NCBI GenBank assembly: GCA_951406725.2
Contig: OX597821.1
Coordinates: forward strand, 24,242,001-24,306,000
Direction of reading: 5' to 3'
DNA length: 64,000 nucleotides
Source of the DNA: Octopus vulgaris
Taxonomy: Eukaryota
Under the pieces are notes generated by a model. It did no database searches. It worked only from the letters and a program-made list of their open reading frames with translations, and was not told where the DNA came from. Of the stretch, positions 1 through 13,437 are shown in pieces (within the stretch, counting starts at the first letter, position 1; each line of letters begins with the position of its first letter). The translations under genes and the position numbers were made by a program.

Positions 1-333
1 GACACTCGGGTTTCAGTTGCACAGGATCTCCTTGATTGGTTCAAGAACAACGAAAACTTTTTGAAAACTATGTGTAGGCCTCTGAGCTGGTATCGCCAAG
101 TTTTTGGCAAAATTTGATGCCGATTCTCTGCTCAACTTTCTCTGTCATGATGAATGCGACGACTACACGCTACACACCTTCCTTCCAAGCACTGCTGTAA
201 ACAGTGGAAGTGAGCTAGAACGTTAAAAACTTAGTACGCATGCCCGGCAGAGTACAAGGTGCCAAACGGCTTTTATCTGCATGCTTTAGTTTCGTTACTA
301 TGGCAACAATTCAGATATTTATTGATAAGACTT

Positions 334-336
<3 letters not shown>
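1..336 (-). mobile_element. mariner transposon fragment (left TIR plus transposase N-terminus on minus strand, joined to an internal transposase piece on plus strand)
   Basis: Minus strand from 148 translates MTEKVEQRIGIKFCQKLGDTSSEAY (mariner HTH N-terminus). Plus strand 1-69 reads DTRVSVAQDLLDWFKNNENFLKT (mariner region preceding the first catalytic D). TIR-like CGAAGTCTTATCAATAAATATCTG at ~312-335 (minus), next to TA/TG repeats. Confidence 0.7.
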
Positions 337-374
<38 letters not shown>

Positions 375-397
375 ATATGTATATATATATATTTATG

Positions 398-459
<62 letters not shown>

Positions 460-739
460 TATACATATGCGTCGGTGTCTGTCTCTTTCTCTTTATATAC
501 ATATAAGGTATGTGTATGTATTCTTAGAGCGTATTGTGACTTGTAGCTTATATAAATAGTGTGTATATAACGATATAATAACACCGGTGAAGCAATGATT
601 AATAGATCGCAAAATTATAATCTTTTTTACATAACCAGTTGAACGGAAAATTATCTTGCTTACATAATCAGTCATATTAGAAGTCATTTGAAACGAACCA
701 GCAACCGCAGAATCAGACACTGGGAATAATATCTATGGT

Positions 740-1225
740 GAAACATCTGTGCTCTTATATGTAATCTTATGTACTTTCATATTTGTCGTCTTAAATCTAT
801 GAGTTTATATCGGCACTCTTTCACAAGTCTTACCCGAGATTTTACGTATCATGTTACTCGTGAACTTAACTATTGTTTTTTACCTGTATAATTAACATGC
901 TATAATTTCTCGTTTGACAATTGCCGTCTTACCTATTGCCCTATCGTAGTCTTCATTCCTCATTTCGTATATCTGTGGTATGAAAGCCGTGGTCTTACAA
1001 CCATGCTGTTAGTTATGATCTTACTCGTCTTCGTAGTGTAGTTATACCTGTTTCACACACCTGTTCTACTAAACCAGTGATCTTAAATCCGAACAAATAC
1101 CTGTGGTTTTATGTCTGTGCTTTTACACATATGATCTTACTCGTTATCTTAGTATTAGATCTATATTCTTATACTCATGCTGATACGTGTAGTATTATGC
1201 ATGTTTTCTTATAACTGTAATCTTT
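740..1225. repeat. highly degenerate minisatellite (~12-14 bp, ACCTGTGGTCTTA-like)
   Basis: Recurrent TCTTA/TCTTAC and ACCTGT/CTGTGG motifs at short, irregular spacing. Confidence 0.45.
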
Positions 1226-1684
1226 TGGGCTTCATCTTTATCATAAAGTTTGAGGTCATCCACAAATAACAAATGGTTAACATTTTGTTGGCGGCTTGTG
1301 AATACATACCCAGCTTTTGAGCAATAAAATACTTTGCAGCATTTTTCAGCTCATTTCATTGAGTTCAAATCCTGCCGAGGTCAACTTCGCCTTTCATTCT
1401 TTTGGTATCAATAACATAAAGTACAAGTTGGTATGGTCGACTTAATGAATTAGCACCCATTCCCTAAAATTGTGGCCTTGTACCCAAATTTGAAATTATA
1501 GTCTCATGAGCGTCTAGTTGAATGACAGCAATGGCTGAATGGAACAAGGCCATACTGTTTCATTCAATCATTTCTGATGATAGCTGGATTTGTTTCTCCA
1601 TTTCTGGCATGAAACTATTTGGTAAATTGGCTGTCATGAAACAACAATGTTATATGAATGAAAACAAAATGTTTAGTGTTGTAT

Positions 1685-1930
1685 ATATTTAGTTAAATAA
1701 CCATTAGTTGACAACCGTTTAGACTAGTATGTGTTTACTTTTATATACGTTGAGTTGAATATCTGTTTAGCTTAGTATCTCTTGATTTGTGCATCTGCTT
1801 AAGTATCTCTTTAGTTTTAGTGTCTGTTTTGTATATATGTTCAGTTAAAAATGTGTCTTGTTAGTAACTGTTAAGTGAATATATGTTCAGTTTAATACGT
1901 ATTTAGATGAGTATCTCTTCAGCTTAATTT
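1685..1930. repeat. degenerate ~15-16 bp minisatellite (GTTTAGTTGAATATCT-like)
   Basis: Repeated GTT(T/C)AG(T/C)T...AGTATCT units. Confidence 0.5.
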
Positions 1931-2984
1931 TGTATGTTTATTTTAATAACTTAACATTTCAGTTTCTCATTTGTATGTTTTTAGTGAAATGCTTGTTTAA
2001 TGACTGCTTCATGATGCATTTTTTAATTCGTATAAATTTGTTTTAACCATTTCATTGCGAAATTAAATGTCACTGTTATTCCGGTTATGATGTTAATATA
2101 TACTAAAAAATAGAATTGGTATTTTCTGCAGGTCACCTTGCCTCAATAAACTTGACATATTTCAATGGAAAATAGTTTCAAACATGGCATTCATCAAAAA
2201 GATAAATTGATACATAAACTGCTTTCCCCAGTTGAAGGCAATGATATTTTGAGTGGCTATATCTGATTTCTGTAATAAATGGGTCACATCGTATTTAATC
2301 CATATCTTTTTAGTTTAAATCGTGTTTACTTTAAAACATATTTAGTTTAAAGCCAATATGAAATAACAAATGACGAATTAAACTGAATTTTTTTGTAATC
2401 GACTGTTTACTCTTTTTTTTTAGTCAGAAACGAAGGCAAGTGAGGGAGTTAGGGAGAAACAAATCCACAAACCAGATACTTAGCCCGAATAATTACAACA
2501 GAGTGGACTGTATTAAAAGTACAAATGGTTCTAGATGGTGGGGTTAAACTGGGTAATGGTTTTAGGCTACCAACCAAGTAAGGTCATAACCGAAAGGAAC
2601 CCGGTCTTACATTCTTAGAATTTTGTCAATCCAGCGTTTAGGATAGGCAATTATTTTTTTAGAATAGGTACTTATTTATCGACAGTTGATAGGGCGGACT
2701 CGCAGGGGGCGCGTCGCGCAAAGGCTAGTCGATACTAGCCCGTGCGATCGTACTGACAGTTATCCAGAGTCACCAGAATCGAAGGGCGTGAAGCCACCGC
2801 ACGCCTCGACCCGCGCAATTGTATGAAAGCAGAGTTAACCTCTGATGGATTTGAACTCAGAGCGAATAAACAATATTAACCATGCTTGCGACCATATTAC
2901 ACACACACACAGACACCTGCGCGCGTGCACACACGCACACAGTATATATATATATATATATATATATATGTAGGTCGCACACGC

Positions 2985-3024
<40 letters not shown>

Positions 3025-3208
3025 TGTATGTATGTATGTATGTATGTATGTATGTATGTATGTATACAGTAATGCCTCGATATACGAGTTAATTCCTTCC
3101 CGGAGAACGTTCGTAATGCGAAAACTCGTTAACAGAAAATAAAACACGTAAAATCTTGTAAATATGGGGTCTCGTAAAGCGGATCCTGATAAAATAAAAT
3201 ATTACTAC

Positions 3209-3294
<86 letters not shown>

Positions 3295-3487
3295 GTGTGT
3301 ATGTGTGTGTGTGAGAGAGAGAAAATGTTGAGTTCCATTTCATCCTTTACTTTGTTATTGTAAATATATTTTGAATATGAAAATGTTACAAGTATAAGCA
3401 TTTATAGAACGCGTATCTAAAGAAACTCAACAAACAATTTAAGATGGAGAAGAGAAGGTGTTAAAAGTTTTATAAAATTTTAATCCA

Positions 3488-3603
3488 TGCATACGATCGT
3501 TTCGAACGGTAATATTAACATGCAAGATGCATGGAAAAAATAAAAAAATTATTTAATTATAATTATAATTAAATTAATTACATATTACTTTTCTCCTCAG
3601 TGC
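3488..3603 (-). ncRNA. type I hammerhead ribozyme motif with long AT-rich stem II (PLE-associated)
   Basis: Minus strand: GCA-CTGAGGA-GAA..GTAATAT...ATATTAC..TTC-GAAA-CGATCG-TA-TGC. Intact core, palindromic stem III, GUA triplet. Confidence 0.65.
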
Positions 3604-3876
3604 GAAAAAAGAATATATCGGAAGAATATTATATTGTTACAGAAGACTCGATGGAGTGAGTGTCATATAACACGTTCGGATATTCATTATATGATTACGT
3701 AAGATGAATGGTAAAAACATGAGTCTAGTTGTTGTGTATGAACTAGAACTGATGCGGCTAACGGATATTTGGAAATGTAAGTGAAAAATGTTCGAGAAAC
3801 ATTCTCTCTATATGAAGATAAGTAATTAAGTATTTATACATTCCATATAAAGCATTAAGAAGTAAAATATTATATA

Positions 3877-3907
<31 letters not shown>

Positions 3908-3908
<1 letters not shown>

Positions 3909-4210
3909 GAGGCGCAATGGCCTAGTGGTTAGGGCAGCGGACTCGCGGTCGCAGGATCGCGGTTTCGATTCCCAGACTGGGCGTTGTGAGTGTTTATTGA
4001 GCGAAAACACCTAAAAGCTCCACGAGGCTCCGGCAGGGGGTGGTAATCCCTGCTGTACTCTTTCAACACTCTTTCTCCCAGTCTTTCTTCTGTTGGCCTG
4101 CTCGCTTAGCCAGCGGGGTGGCGTCATTCGAAGGCTAAAACAATGCGAACGCATTGTGACCAGCGATGTGTAACAACATCTGATGGTCTGGTCGGTCACG
4201 TGATCACGTG
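3908..4210 (+). mobile_element. tRNA-derived SINE (GGAGGCGCAATGGCCTAGTGG head group)
   Basis: A-box TGGCCTAGTGG and B-box-like GTTTCGATTCC. The same head and body recur at 11545-11925(-) and 28035-28332(-). Confidence 0.85.
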
Positions 4211-4482
4211 ATATATATATATATATATAATTAAAATCACAATAAGGGTGAAAAAATTGAATATTAATTAATAACATCAATTTAAAACACCAAGTGGCCT
4301 AGCGTATAAAAACTGGGATACAGTAAAAATCATTAATACAAGTAATGAGAGAGAGTCCACATGTGGTCACTCTAACGCTAGATATAGATCCACGAAGGGA
4401 ATCCACCACTAAAGAATTGTTCTCAAGAATTAGTTCAACGCGCCAAGAATGTAATATATATATATATATGCGTATGTGTATA

Positions 4483-4575
<93 letters not shown>

Positions 4576-4753
4576 ATAAATAAATAAGCGTCCGATGGGA
4601 CAGCATAGCTATATTTAAATTTATATATGATTTGGCAGTTATGAGTGGTATACAATGGAAATTATGAAAATAAATTATGGTGTATATTAAAAAGAAATTG
4701 TTTTTAAAAATTCCTAGAATAAGAAATACAAGTAGTTAGTATAATTTTAGATA

Positions 4754-6032
4754 CGAAGGGCGTTCAATAAATAATGCCTCTGACCCACTTGTCGTTGATT
4801 GATCTGCAGGTGTAATTATCTATATTTCTATAGATTAAGTGGCAAATTACAGCTCCGAACTAATAGTGGTTTCTGATTTACATGTGTTCGAAATGAGTCA
4901 AGTGGGAAATGGAGCCTATTGAGTGTCGAGAAGTGATCCGGTTTTTGTATTTGAAATGACGCACACCACAGGAGACTTTTGATGAAATGAAAATAACTTA
5001 TGGTGATGATGCCCCATCATATGACCTTGTAAAACGCTGGCATCGTGAACTCAAACATGGTCGAAACTCTGTGGAAACAGCTCCCAGATCTGGTCGCACC
5101 CCTTCTGCCATTGATGAGGCATCTGTCCGTCAAGTTGAGGCTGCCATTTTGGAAGATGGACGTATAACTATTCGCCAAATAGCCCATGAGGTCAAGATTA
5201 GTACCGGGTCTGTGGAAACTATCATTCATGACCATTTGCATATGCAAAAGGTGTCTGCCAGAGGATTCCCAGGTTGCTCACACTTTTCCTGAAGCAAGAA
5301 CGCGTCGAGTGCTCGAGGATGAATTTAGGGATGTGCCAAGAAGATGAGTCAAAATTTTTCAAAAGACTGATTACACAGGATGAGACCTGGGTCCTTCACC
5401 ATGATCCAGAGACCAAAGCCCAGTCAATGCAGTGGAAGCACCATGATTCACCTCCTCCAAAGAAGGCAAGGGTGCAGCCCTCCGCTGGCAAGATCATGCT
5501 CACAGTCTTCTGGGACCAGGACGGAGTAGTGATGACAGATTTCCTGGCAAAGGGTACCACAATTACATGAGCCTATCATGCTTCACTTTTGAGGAAATTA
5601 AGAGAAGCTATCAAAACCAAGAAGCGGGGCAAGATCAGCAAAGGCATCCTCCTCCTGCAGGACAACGCTCCGGTCCACAACTCGCGTGTCGCCAGATCAG
5701 AAGCACAGGCGTGCGGCTATGAACACTTCCCCCATCCCCCTACTCTCCTGACCTTGCACCCTCTGATTTTCACCTCTTCCCAGCCATGAAGTTGTTTTTG
5801 AAAGGAAAGCGTTTCCCAGATGATGCAGCCTTGATTTCTGAAGTCACGTCGTGGTTGGAGGACCAAGCTGGGGTCTTCTATGAAAACGGTCTCCAGAGCT
5901 GTATCAAACGATGGGAGAAATGCGTCACTCTGGGTTGTTCCTATGCTGAAAAAGACTAATACCTGTGCCAAGTTTCGTTGCTCTACTGCTATGGGAAGTG
6001 GGTCAGGGGCATTACTTATTGAACGCCCCTCG
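4754..6032 (+). mobile_element. full-length mariner (DD34D) DNA transposon, ~1.28 kb, inactivated
   Basis: ~37-bp TIRs CGAAGGGCGTTCAATAAATAATGCCTCTGACCCACTT / AAGTGGGTCAGGGGCATTACTTATTGAACGCCCCTCG, flanked by TA on both sides (4752-53, 6033-34). Confidence 0.95.
4909..5959 (+). pseudogene. mariner transposase pseudogene
   Basis: HTH segment (VKRWHRELK..APRSGRT), ITQDETW, QDNAPVH and YSPDLAPSDFHLF motifs, split across frames by stops and frameshifts. Confidence 0.93.
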
Positions 6033-6688
6033 TAAGTTACTTGAAATTCAAATGAAAAAAAAAAATTAGTTGTTGTGAGGGAGTAATTATTAGGTTAATA
6101 TAATGGGGGAAAAGATTTATTATTAGTTAAAAAGCATCATATTCGTTTGTGTCAAATAAGTCTATGAGGAAGGACTAAAAAAGAAGAATAGTTTTTAATA
6201 TTACAGAATCGAGAAAGAAAATACTTAATGGGGTTAAAAATACTGGAAAAAAAAACACGTACGGTGATAAAAGAGTTTTTTAAAAAGGTTGAATAAGGTA
6301 ACAATGTAGGGGGCATAATGCTATGGTAAATTCGTAAGAAAGATTTTTCAAAGGTATACACGTTTCTATATTTTAATGTTAAATTAGAATATGAATTGAG
6401 AATCTAGTTATGGATAAGATGTTTGTAGTGACATTTATAAATGACTTTCTAACTTATTTAACGTAGTGCTGAAAGTGGATGTAAGAAAAACTGTTTTTAT
6501 TATTATGGAGTGATAGGTGCGAAAAAATAAGTATAATAAAGATACGAAAAGTAATTTATATGTATAAATCTCCAATATAAGAGAAGAATATTATTTCAAA
6601 ATATGTATATATATTTAGTATACTGATGCATTTAAAAGGAACAGAAACTACGAAATAAGATAAAATGATATGAGCATTATATGTATGC

Positions 6689-6725
<37 letters not shown>

Positions 6726-7485
6726 CATATATACACACATGTATGCATATGCAGATATATACACACATATGTACATCCGTATACCTTTGTATAATAATAT
6801 GTATAATATATGACATACGTATATGTATAAATTTTATAAGTTTTATAAGTAAAGCATAGAATATAATGTATAATCTATTAATTATATTAATGAGTGTAAA
6901 TATAAAGTTGAAAAACGTTAGAAGTAGTAATAATAATTATTATGATAGATACTAATACTAACAAAGAGAAAAAAGGTGGAAATACCATAAATCTAGTTAT
7001 GTGCATAACCAAAAAGATAAATAAACTATATCTATGAGAGTGTGTGCATTTTGTGGAAGTGACTTTTGTGCACTTAGAATTACTGTAAGTATAATCGTGT
7101 ATCATCTGCAAGATTTTGGCCAATATAGTTACATTTGTAAGAAACACAAAATAATTTTAAAAGATTTAAGAAATAAAAATTGGGATAGTTAAGAGGTAGT
7201 CTTTTTTAATATATATATATATATATATATTAATAAATAAAATAAAACATATGCATATATATAAACATATATGTACGTACCTACCTCTACATGTACATAT
7301 ACACGCATATATGAGTACAGGACACCAAAAGGACGTCGAACACAATGAGAAACGAAAACATAGATACAAACCAAAGGAACTGGACATATTTTAAAAACAA
7401 CAAAAAATAGAGTACAAGACAATTAACACAAAGAAAAAACCCCTTCTTCAGTCGCTATGGTTTCATCTACTCTACGTTTCGAAGG

Positions 7486-7554
<69 letters not shown>

Positions 7555-7729
7555 GCAAATGGAATAAATTATGAATAAGAAAGAAGAAAAGAGGGGGAAA
7601 GCATAATAAAAAATAGATATAAGGGCAAAATAGTCACCAAAAAGTATTAAAATGTGTTTGCATATATTAATAATAAAAAGGAAAAATAAAAAGTACCATA
7701 CATGTTGGAAATAGTTAATTATAATGATA

Positions 7730-7811
<82 letters not shown>

Positions 7812-7827
7812 TAATAATAATTATAAT

Positions 7828-7869
<42 letters not shown>

Positions 7870-7905
7870 TAATAATAATAAATAATAATAATAATAATAA
7901 TAATA

Positions 7906-8003
<98 letters not shown>

Positions 8004-8050
8004 TATTTTACCCTAGTGTCACTTTGATGGCATGCACTGCTCTCTCACTC

Positions 8051-8097
<47 letters not shown>

Positions 8098-8098
8098 T

Positions 8099-8150
<52 letters not shown>

Positions 8151-8201
8151 TATTTTACCCTAGTGTCACTTTGATGGCATGCACTGCTCTCTCACTCAAT
8201 G

Positions 8202-8249
<48 letters not shown>

Positions 8250-8250
8250 T
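7730..8250. repeat. (TAA)n microsatellite tract with two ~48-bp 3' tips of the (AAT)n-associated element
   Basis: TATATTTTACCCTAGTGTCACTTTGATGGCATGCACTGCTCTCTCACTC at ~8002 and ~8149 matches the 3' end of the element at 21475-22021. Confidence 0.9.
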
Positions 8251-8439
8251 TTAGAATAGGTGAGAGAATTGCATCTAAATAGATATTGTGATTACATACA
8301 AATAATTTATATATATATATATATAAATATATATGTGTGTGTGTGTATCAAGTAATGATCCAAAAATTGTCTAAAAATATAGCGATGGCCCTGACTCCGG
8401 CTGCTCTATGGACCTCTGGTTGTCTGTGCTGATGTTTCG

Positions 8440-8757
8440 ACTGCCGCTGCAGCCACCGCCCTCTCATGGGCACATAATACCCTCAGCGCCCCCACCCCTA
8501 TTTTTATGTGTAAATAAATATTTTATATTTTACTAATTTATATATACTATGAAGCATTTGATATTTAATATAATTTGGATACAATTATATAATAATATTA
8601 TACATTCATAGAGTCCACCAATCCACTGCCTTCCTCCCAATGCCTCCTTTTTCTCTACCCCTCCTGCACCTCCCCCCCTTAGACACCAGCGCCCACCTGG
8701 ACTCTCTCAATCCTCAACGGGGGGCGGTAGCGCCTACTTTGAGAACCTATGGGCTAG
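8440..8757 (-). mobile_element. possible hAT-type MITE remnant
   Basis: Terminal CATAGGTTCTCAAAGT (minus) resembles hAT CAGTGGTTCTCAA ends. Internal GCGCCCC/GGGGGCG motifs. The other end is not identified. Confidence 0.4.
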
Positions 8758-9347
8758 ACTATCGGATGTTGTTATACATCGCCTGTTACAATGCTCTTGG
8801 TATCGTTTTAGCTTTCGAATGGTGCCACCTCGCTGGCTAGGCAAGGAGACCAATATACATCACGTGCACACCAACGGGAAGTTAACGAAACGCCATAGAA
8901 AGAATTTTGTTCTGCAGCGAAGCGTGTCTGATATGTCATTGGTCACCGAACAAATACTGTAGTCTGTTAAAGTACACTTGGATATGTAAAAAGTAAACAC
9001 ATGCCATTGATCATGAGTTAATTGTTAGCAGTAAGGTACTTGGTACTAACATGACTATACTAACATATAATCTACTGTGTCACACCCTGAATATTTTATT
9101 ACGAATATTATCACAGTCAATTATCATATCTGGTTAAACAAACTTCTTTCTTTATATGAATGAAACGAATAACGTAGTACAAATGAATGATAATATCTCT
9201 TTTTTGTTTGTTCTAGCGGCGGGTGGAATACTGTAACTAGGTCAGTTTATTTCTTAGAATAATATTTATGGACTCTCCAGTCGTAGACGACAGATGGGTA
9301 TTCGGCAATTTCTTGTAGAACAACCAGCACAGATGATTTGTTCATAA

Positions 9348-9935
9348 GTGCAGGCGTGGCTGTGTGATAAGAAGCTTGCTTCTCAACCACATGTTTCGGG
9401 GGTTCACTCTACTACGTAGCACCTTGGACAAGTGTCTTTTACTATAGCCTCGGGTCGAATAAAGCCTTGTGAGTGGATTTGGTAGACGGAAACTGAAAAG
9501 CGCCTGCCGTATATATCGTTGCTCTTATGTTAAACTGTCGTATGTCCGAATATGGCCAAAAGCGTTTTCTTTCAATTTTCAATTTTGCTTGCAATAACCG
9601 GTTCTTTTGGTCAAACTATCGTATCTCCATTTGCTTCAGATGCCAAGATATGAAAATTCTCAAAGTGTAGTTCAACGGTTTAGCATTTTTCAAAGGTGCA
9701 ATAAGTCCCGCATACGACAATTTTGCAAAAGTATTTCTGACTGAAAGTATCATACATTCATAGAGTTACGATTTTATGCACTCAACAAAGTATTATTGTT
9801 GAGCTGAAACTGTTGCTAATGTAAAAAGAAATGAAATGGTGAAACTATTTTTTCGTTTTCTGAAAAAGCAACGTTTTGGACTTACGACACCTTTGCATGA
9901 TAGCAACGATATATACCGATATGTATACATATATG

Positions 9936-9971
<36 letters not shown>

Positions 9972-10050
9972 TGTATGTATGTATGTATGTATGTATGTAT
10001 GTATGTATGTATGTACGTATGTACGTATGTATGTGTGTGTATATATATAC

Positions 10051-10083
<33 letters not shown>

Positions 10084-10330
10084 TGCATGTGTATAAGTGT
10101 GTGTGCGTGTGTGTGTCTTTGAGGCTGTGTTTATCCACCGCATCACCGCTTGGCAACCAGTACTGGTGTGATTACGTCCATGTAACTTAGCGGTTCAGCG
10201 ACGGAGACGGATAGACTACGTCCCAAACTTTAAATAAAACTGAATACTGGGGTTGATACATTCGATTAAAATTTCTTTAAGACAGTGCCCCAGCAAGGTC
10301 ACAGTCTAATGACTGAAACAAGTAAAAAAA
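9348..10330 (+). mobile_element. tRNA-derived CORE-like SINE (GGCGCAGGAGTGGCTGTGTGG group) interrupted by a MITE
   Basis: Head at 9348-9510 and tail at ~10110-10330 match intact copies (e.g. 12180-12585). Confidence 0.8.
9517..9908. mobile_element. ~390-bp MITE with ~33-bp imperfect TIRs inserted in (TA)n (ATAT flanks, possibly Sola1-like)
   Basis: Left end CGTTGCTCTTATGTTAAACTGTCGTATGTCCGAA versus reverse complement of right end CGTTGCTATCATGCAAAGGTGTCGTAAGTCCAA. Confidence 0.75.
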
Positions 10331-10584
10331 ATAGCTTCTTCTCTCCATCAATCGACATTACTTGTACAACTGCATGGGGGACTATACACCGGTTGTCGAA
10401 GTGATCGCTGAGCAACTTGAGATGAAGTGTTTTGCTCAAGAACACAATATATCTCTGAGAATCGAAACCGTAATCTCGTGTAAAACACTCTATCTGCTCG
10501 GCTACGCGCCTTCAAATAATAATACCCGTTGGATATTAATATTGTATCCCACAACTATAATGAGAAATAGCATTGTTGTTTAGT

Positions 10585-11150
10585 TCGGGACAGATCTGTT
10601 CCAGTAAGCCTGTGACCAAGGATATTTCAGAGTCCAGAATGGTGAAGTTATGCAGTAATATCTTGTGATAGTCGGGCGAATGTGAATGTGACGTCATCTG
10701 GCCATATGCTCTACGGAGGTGTGAGATGGTCACGTGAGGTGGTTATACAGGCGTAGTCTGAAAGAAGTAGATGAGAAGAAAGGAACCTTGTGGTACTCCA
10801 GCTGGACAATTATACATTTTGGATGAGCAGTCGTTACTGTCGTTAATGTGGTACACATTAGGTTTGGTGACCACAAAGTTCTCTATCCAATGCTTTATAT
10901 TACTTTCCAGGCAGGGCCACCCCATCTTGTGTATATCAAGGACAACATTGTTCAGTGCATCTATTCTTCAAGACAGTAAAGTGTGACGTGAGCAGGGTTT
11001 CCCTGCCATTTCTAGCAAAGTAGAAAAATAAGCTACAAAGAGGATTTTCTCTATTTTTCCTGTGGTGGACCTCTTTTAGGCGTAGAATAGATTCGACACA
11101 GAAAAACAATAGTGACAGCAAGTTACATTTAGTATGTGATTCTACCAAGT
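10585..11150 (-). mobile_element. degenerate CR1/L2-like LINE RT fragment
   Basis: Minus-strand peptide ...HWIENF...PAGVPQGSFL (RT motif GVPQGS). Confidence 0.55.
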
Positions 11151-11544
11151 TTAATTATGTCTTTGCCACGTAACGCTTCTAACCTCTTCTAGGCCATGTA
11201 AAATTAGAATTGAGATAATGGACCCCCAACGAAATCTACTGTTCTCAAAAATATGTCTCTCTTTCTCGCTATCTTGCGATAGTTATATATACAGAAGATT
11301 CTCCGATTTCATTATATTCGATTTCTAACTAAGGTATAACCCCAGCCCCTAAATGATTTTGTTATGTCCTTGTGGTGTTCTCTCTGTGTCATGGCTTGTG
11401 TGCCGAATAAAACAAATTAGTTAGTGAACAGAGACCAAACAGAGTATTTTTTTATTCACCATAAGGTTGAGAAAAAGTGGGGACGATACGAGGACAGACA
11501 AAACAAACATTGGGGTCAGGGTATCGAATGAGACGAAACGTATG

Positions 11545-11925
11545 GAAGCACTCCGTCGGTTACGACGACGAGGGTTCCGGTTGATCCGATCAACGGAACA
11601 GCCTGCTCGTGGAATTAACGTGTAAGTGGCTGAGCACTCCACAGACACGTGTACCCTTAACGTAGTTCTCGGGGATATTCAGCGTGACACAGAGAGTGAC
11701 AAGGCCGGCCCTTTGAAATACAGGTACAACAGAAACAGGAAGTAAGAGTGAGAGAAAGTTGCGGTGAAAGAGTACAGCAGGGGTCACCACCATCCCTTGC
11801 CGGAGCCTCGTGGAGCTTTAGGTGTTTTCGCTCAATAAACACTCACAATGCCTGGTCTGGGAATCGAAACCGCGATCCTACGACCGCGAGTCCGCTTCCC
11901 TAACCACTGGGCCATTGCGCCTCCT
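11545..11925 (-). mobile_element. tRNA-derived SINE (same head as 3908, different tail)
   Basis: Minus-strand head GGAGGCGCAATGGCCCAGTGGTTAGG...GTTTCGATTCCCAGACC. Confidence 0.85.
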
Positions 11926-12179
11926 GACGAAACGTATGAATGATGGCCACAAGCATGAGCCATTTGAGACAAACGGCCAGAGGGAGAAAGAAAGTTACAA
12001 TCAGCTACTATCAGACACAACATCCCTCGACTCTCTAACTCTCACTAGCTCACCGTTTTTTCTTTATATTAAATCACTATATCTGTAGTTTATTACTACA
12101 CAGTGACGAGAACACACAGACAAACTATACAAGGAAAATCTACGACATCTATCTTTACTTCGCATGCTTTACAAATTTA

Positions 12180-12585
12180 AGGCGCAGGAGTGGCTGTGTA
12201 GTAAGTAGCTTGCTAACCAACCACATGGTTCCGGGTTCAGTCCCACTGCGTGGCATCTTGGGCAAGTGTCTTCTGCTATAGCCCCGGGCCGGCCAATGCC
12301 TTGTGAGTGGATTTGGTAGACGGACACTGAAAGAAGCCTATCGTATATATGTATATATATATAAATATGTGTGTGTGTGTGTGTGTATGTGTGTGTTTGT
12401 CCCCCTAGCATTGCTTGACAACCGATGCTGGTGTGTTTACGTCCCCGTAACTTAGCGGTTCGGCAAAAGAGACCGATAGAATAAGTACCGGGCTTACAAA
12501 GAATAAGTCCCGGGGTCGATTTGCTCGACTAAAGGCGGTGCTGCAGCATGGCCGCAGTCAAATTACTGAAACAAGTAAAAGAATA
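12180..12585 (+). mobile_element. tRNA-derived CORE-like SINE, full length
   Basis: A-box TGGCTGTGTAG, B-box GGTTCAGTCCC, CTTGGGCAAGTGTCTT core, internal (TA)n(TG)n, and tail CAGCATGGCCGCAGTC..ACTGAAACAAGTAAAAGA. Confidence 0.9.
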
Positions 12586-13149
12586 ACACATCGTGGTTTT
12601 GGATATATATACCAAGTAACAAGTAAATCAATATTTCTTTACAACTTCGATCACTGTTCTTTTATTTTGCGCATCTGCAACACGAACACCTCGTTACAAT
12701 CGCTAACTGCCAACCATCAACATATACATTATCACAACAACCGTTACACTGGTGACCACTGACTCCTCAACAATACCGTTACAATCGGTGACCCCTCGCG
12801 TTACGTTTCTAAGGGGAGTCCTAAGTACTTAGTTTATAAGTTGCTATTGTAACTATCACTGTGTATAACTTGATGACGAATGACGCTGGAGTTAATAGCT
12901 CTGTAGATATTAATGCTAGCTATGACAGTGCGTGTTGGGGTCTGTTTTTGTTGCATCCATCACGCACGGACGCGCGCACACACACACACAAACACCCCCT
13001 CCCACACACACACACAAGGTTTGAGAACAATATAGCGGTTGAATGTGAGCTGAATGGGCGTTGGGAGTTGGAAAGAGAAATGTGAAATTTAATGATATGA
13101 GGGATTAGCATTTCTTGGATAAAATAACCACTTAGCAAATATATATATA

Positions 13150-13383
13150 TATATACACACGTATGTATGTGTGCATACGTTTGTGTGCCTGTGTTTGTCC
13201 CCCCAACATCACTTGACAACCGATGCTGGTGTGTTTACATCCTCGTAACTTAGCGGTTTGGCAAAAGAGACAGAATAAGTACTAGGCTTACAAAGAATAA
13301 GTCCTGGGGTCGATTTGATCGACTAAAGGCGGTGCTCCAGCAAGGCCACTGTCAAATGACTGAAACAAGTAAAAGAGTAAAAG

Positions 13384-13437
<54 letters not shown>

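Noticed and set aside
3908-3980. tRNA-like sequences with A/B boxes
   Set aside because: SINE heads continuing into repeat bodies, with no complete cloverleaf or acceptor stem.
4290-4400. CTAGCGT/ACGCTAG stem enclosing the palindrome CCACATGTGG (reminiscent of hatchet or HDV ribozymes)
   Set aside because: Could not assemble the conserved core of any known ribozyme class.
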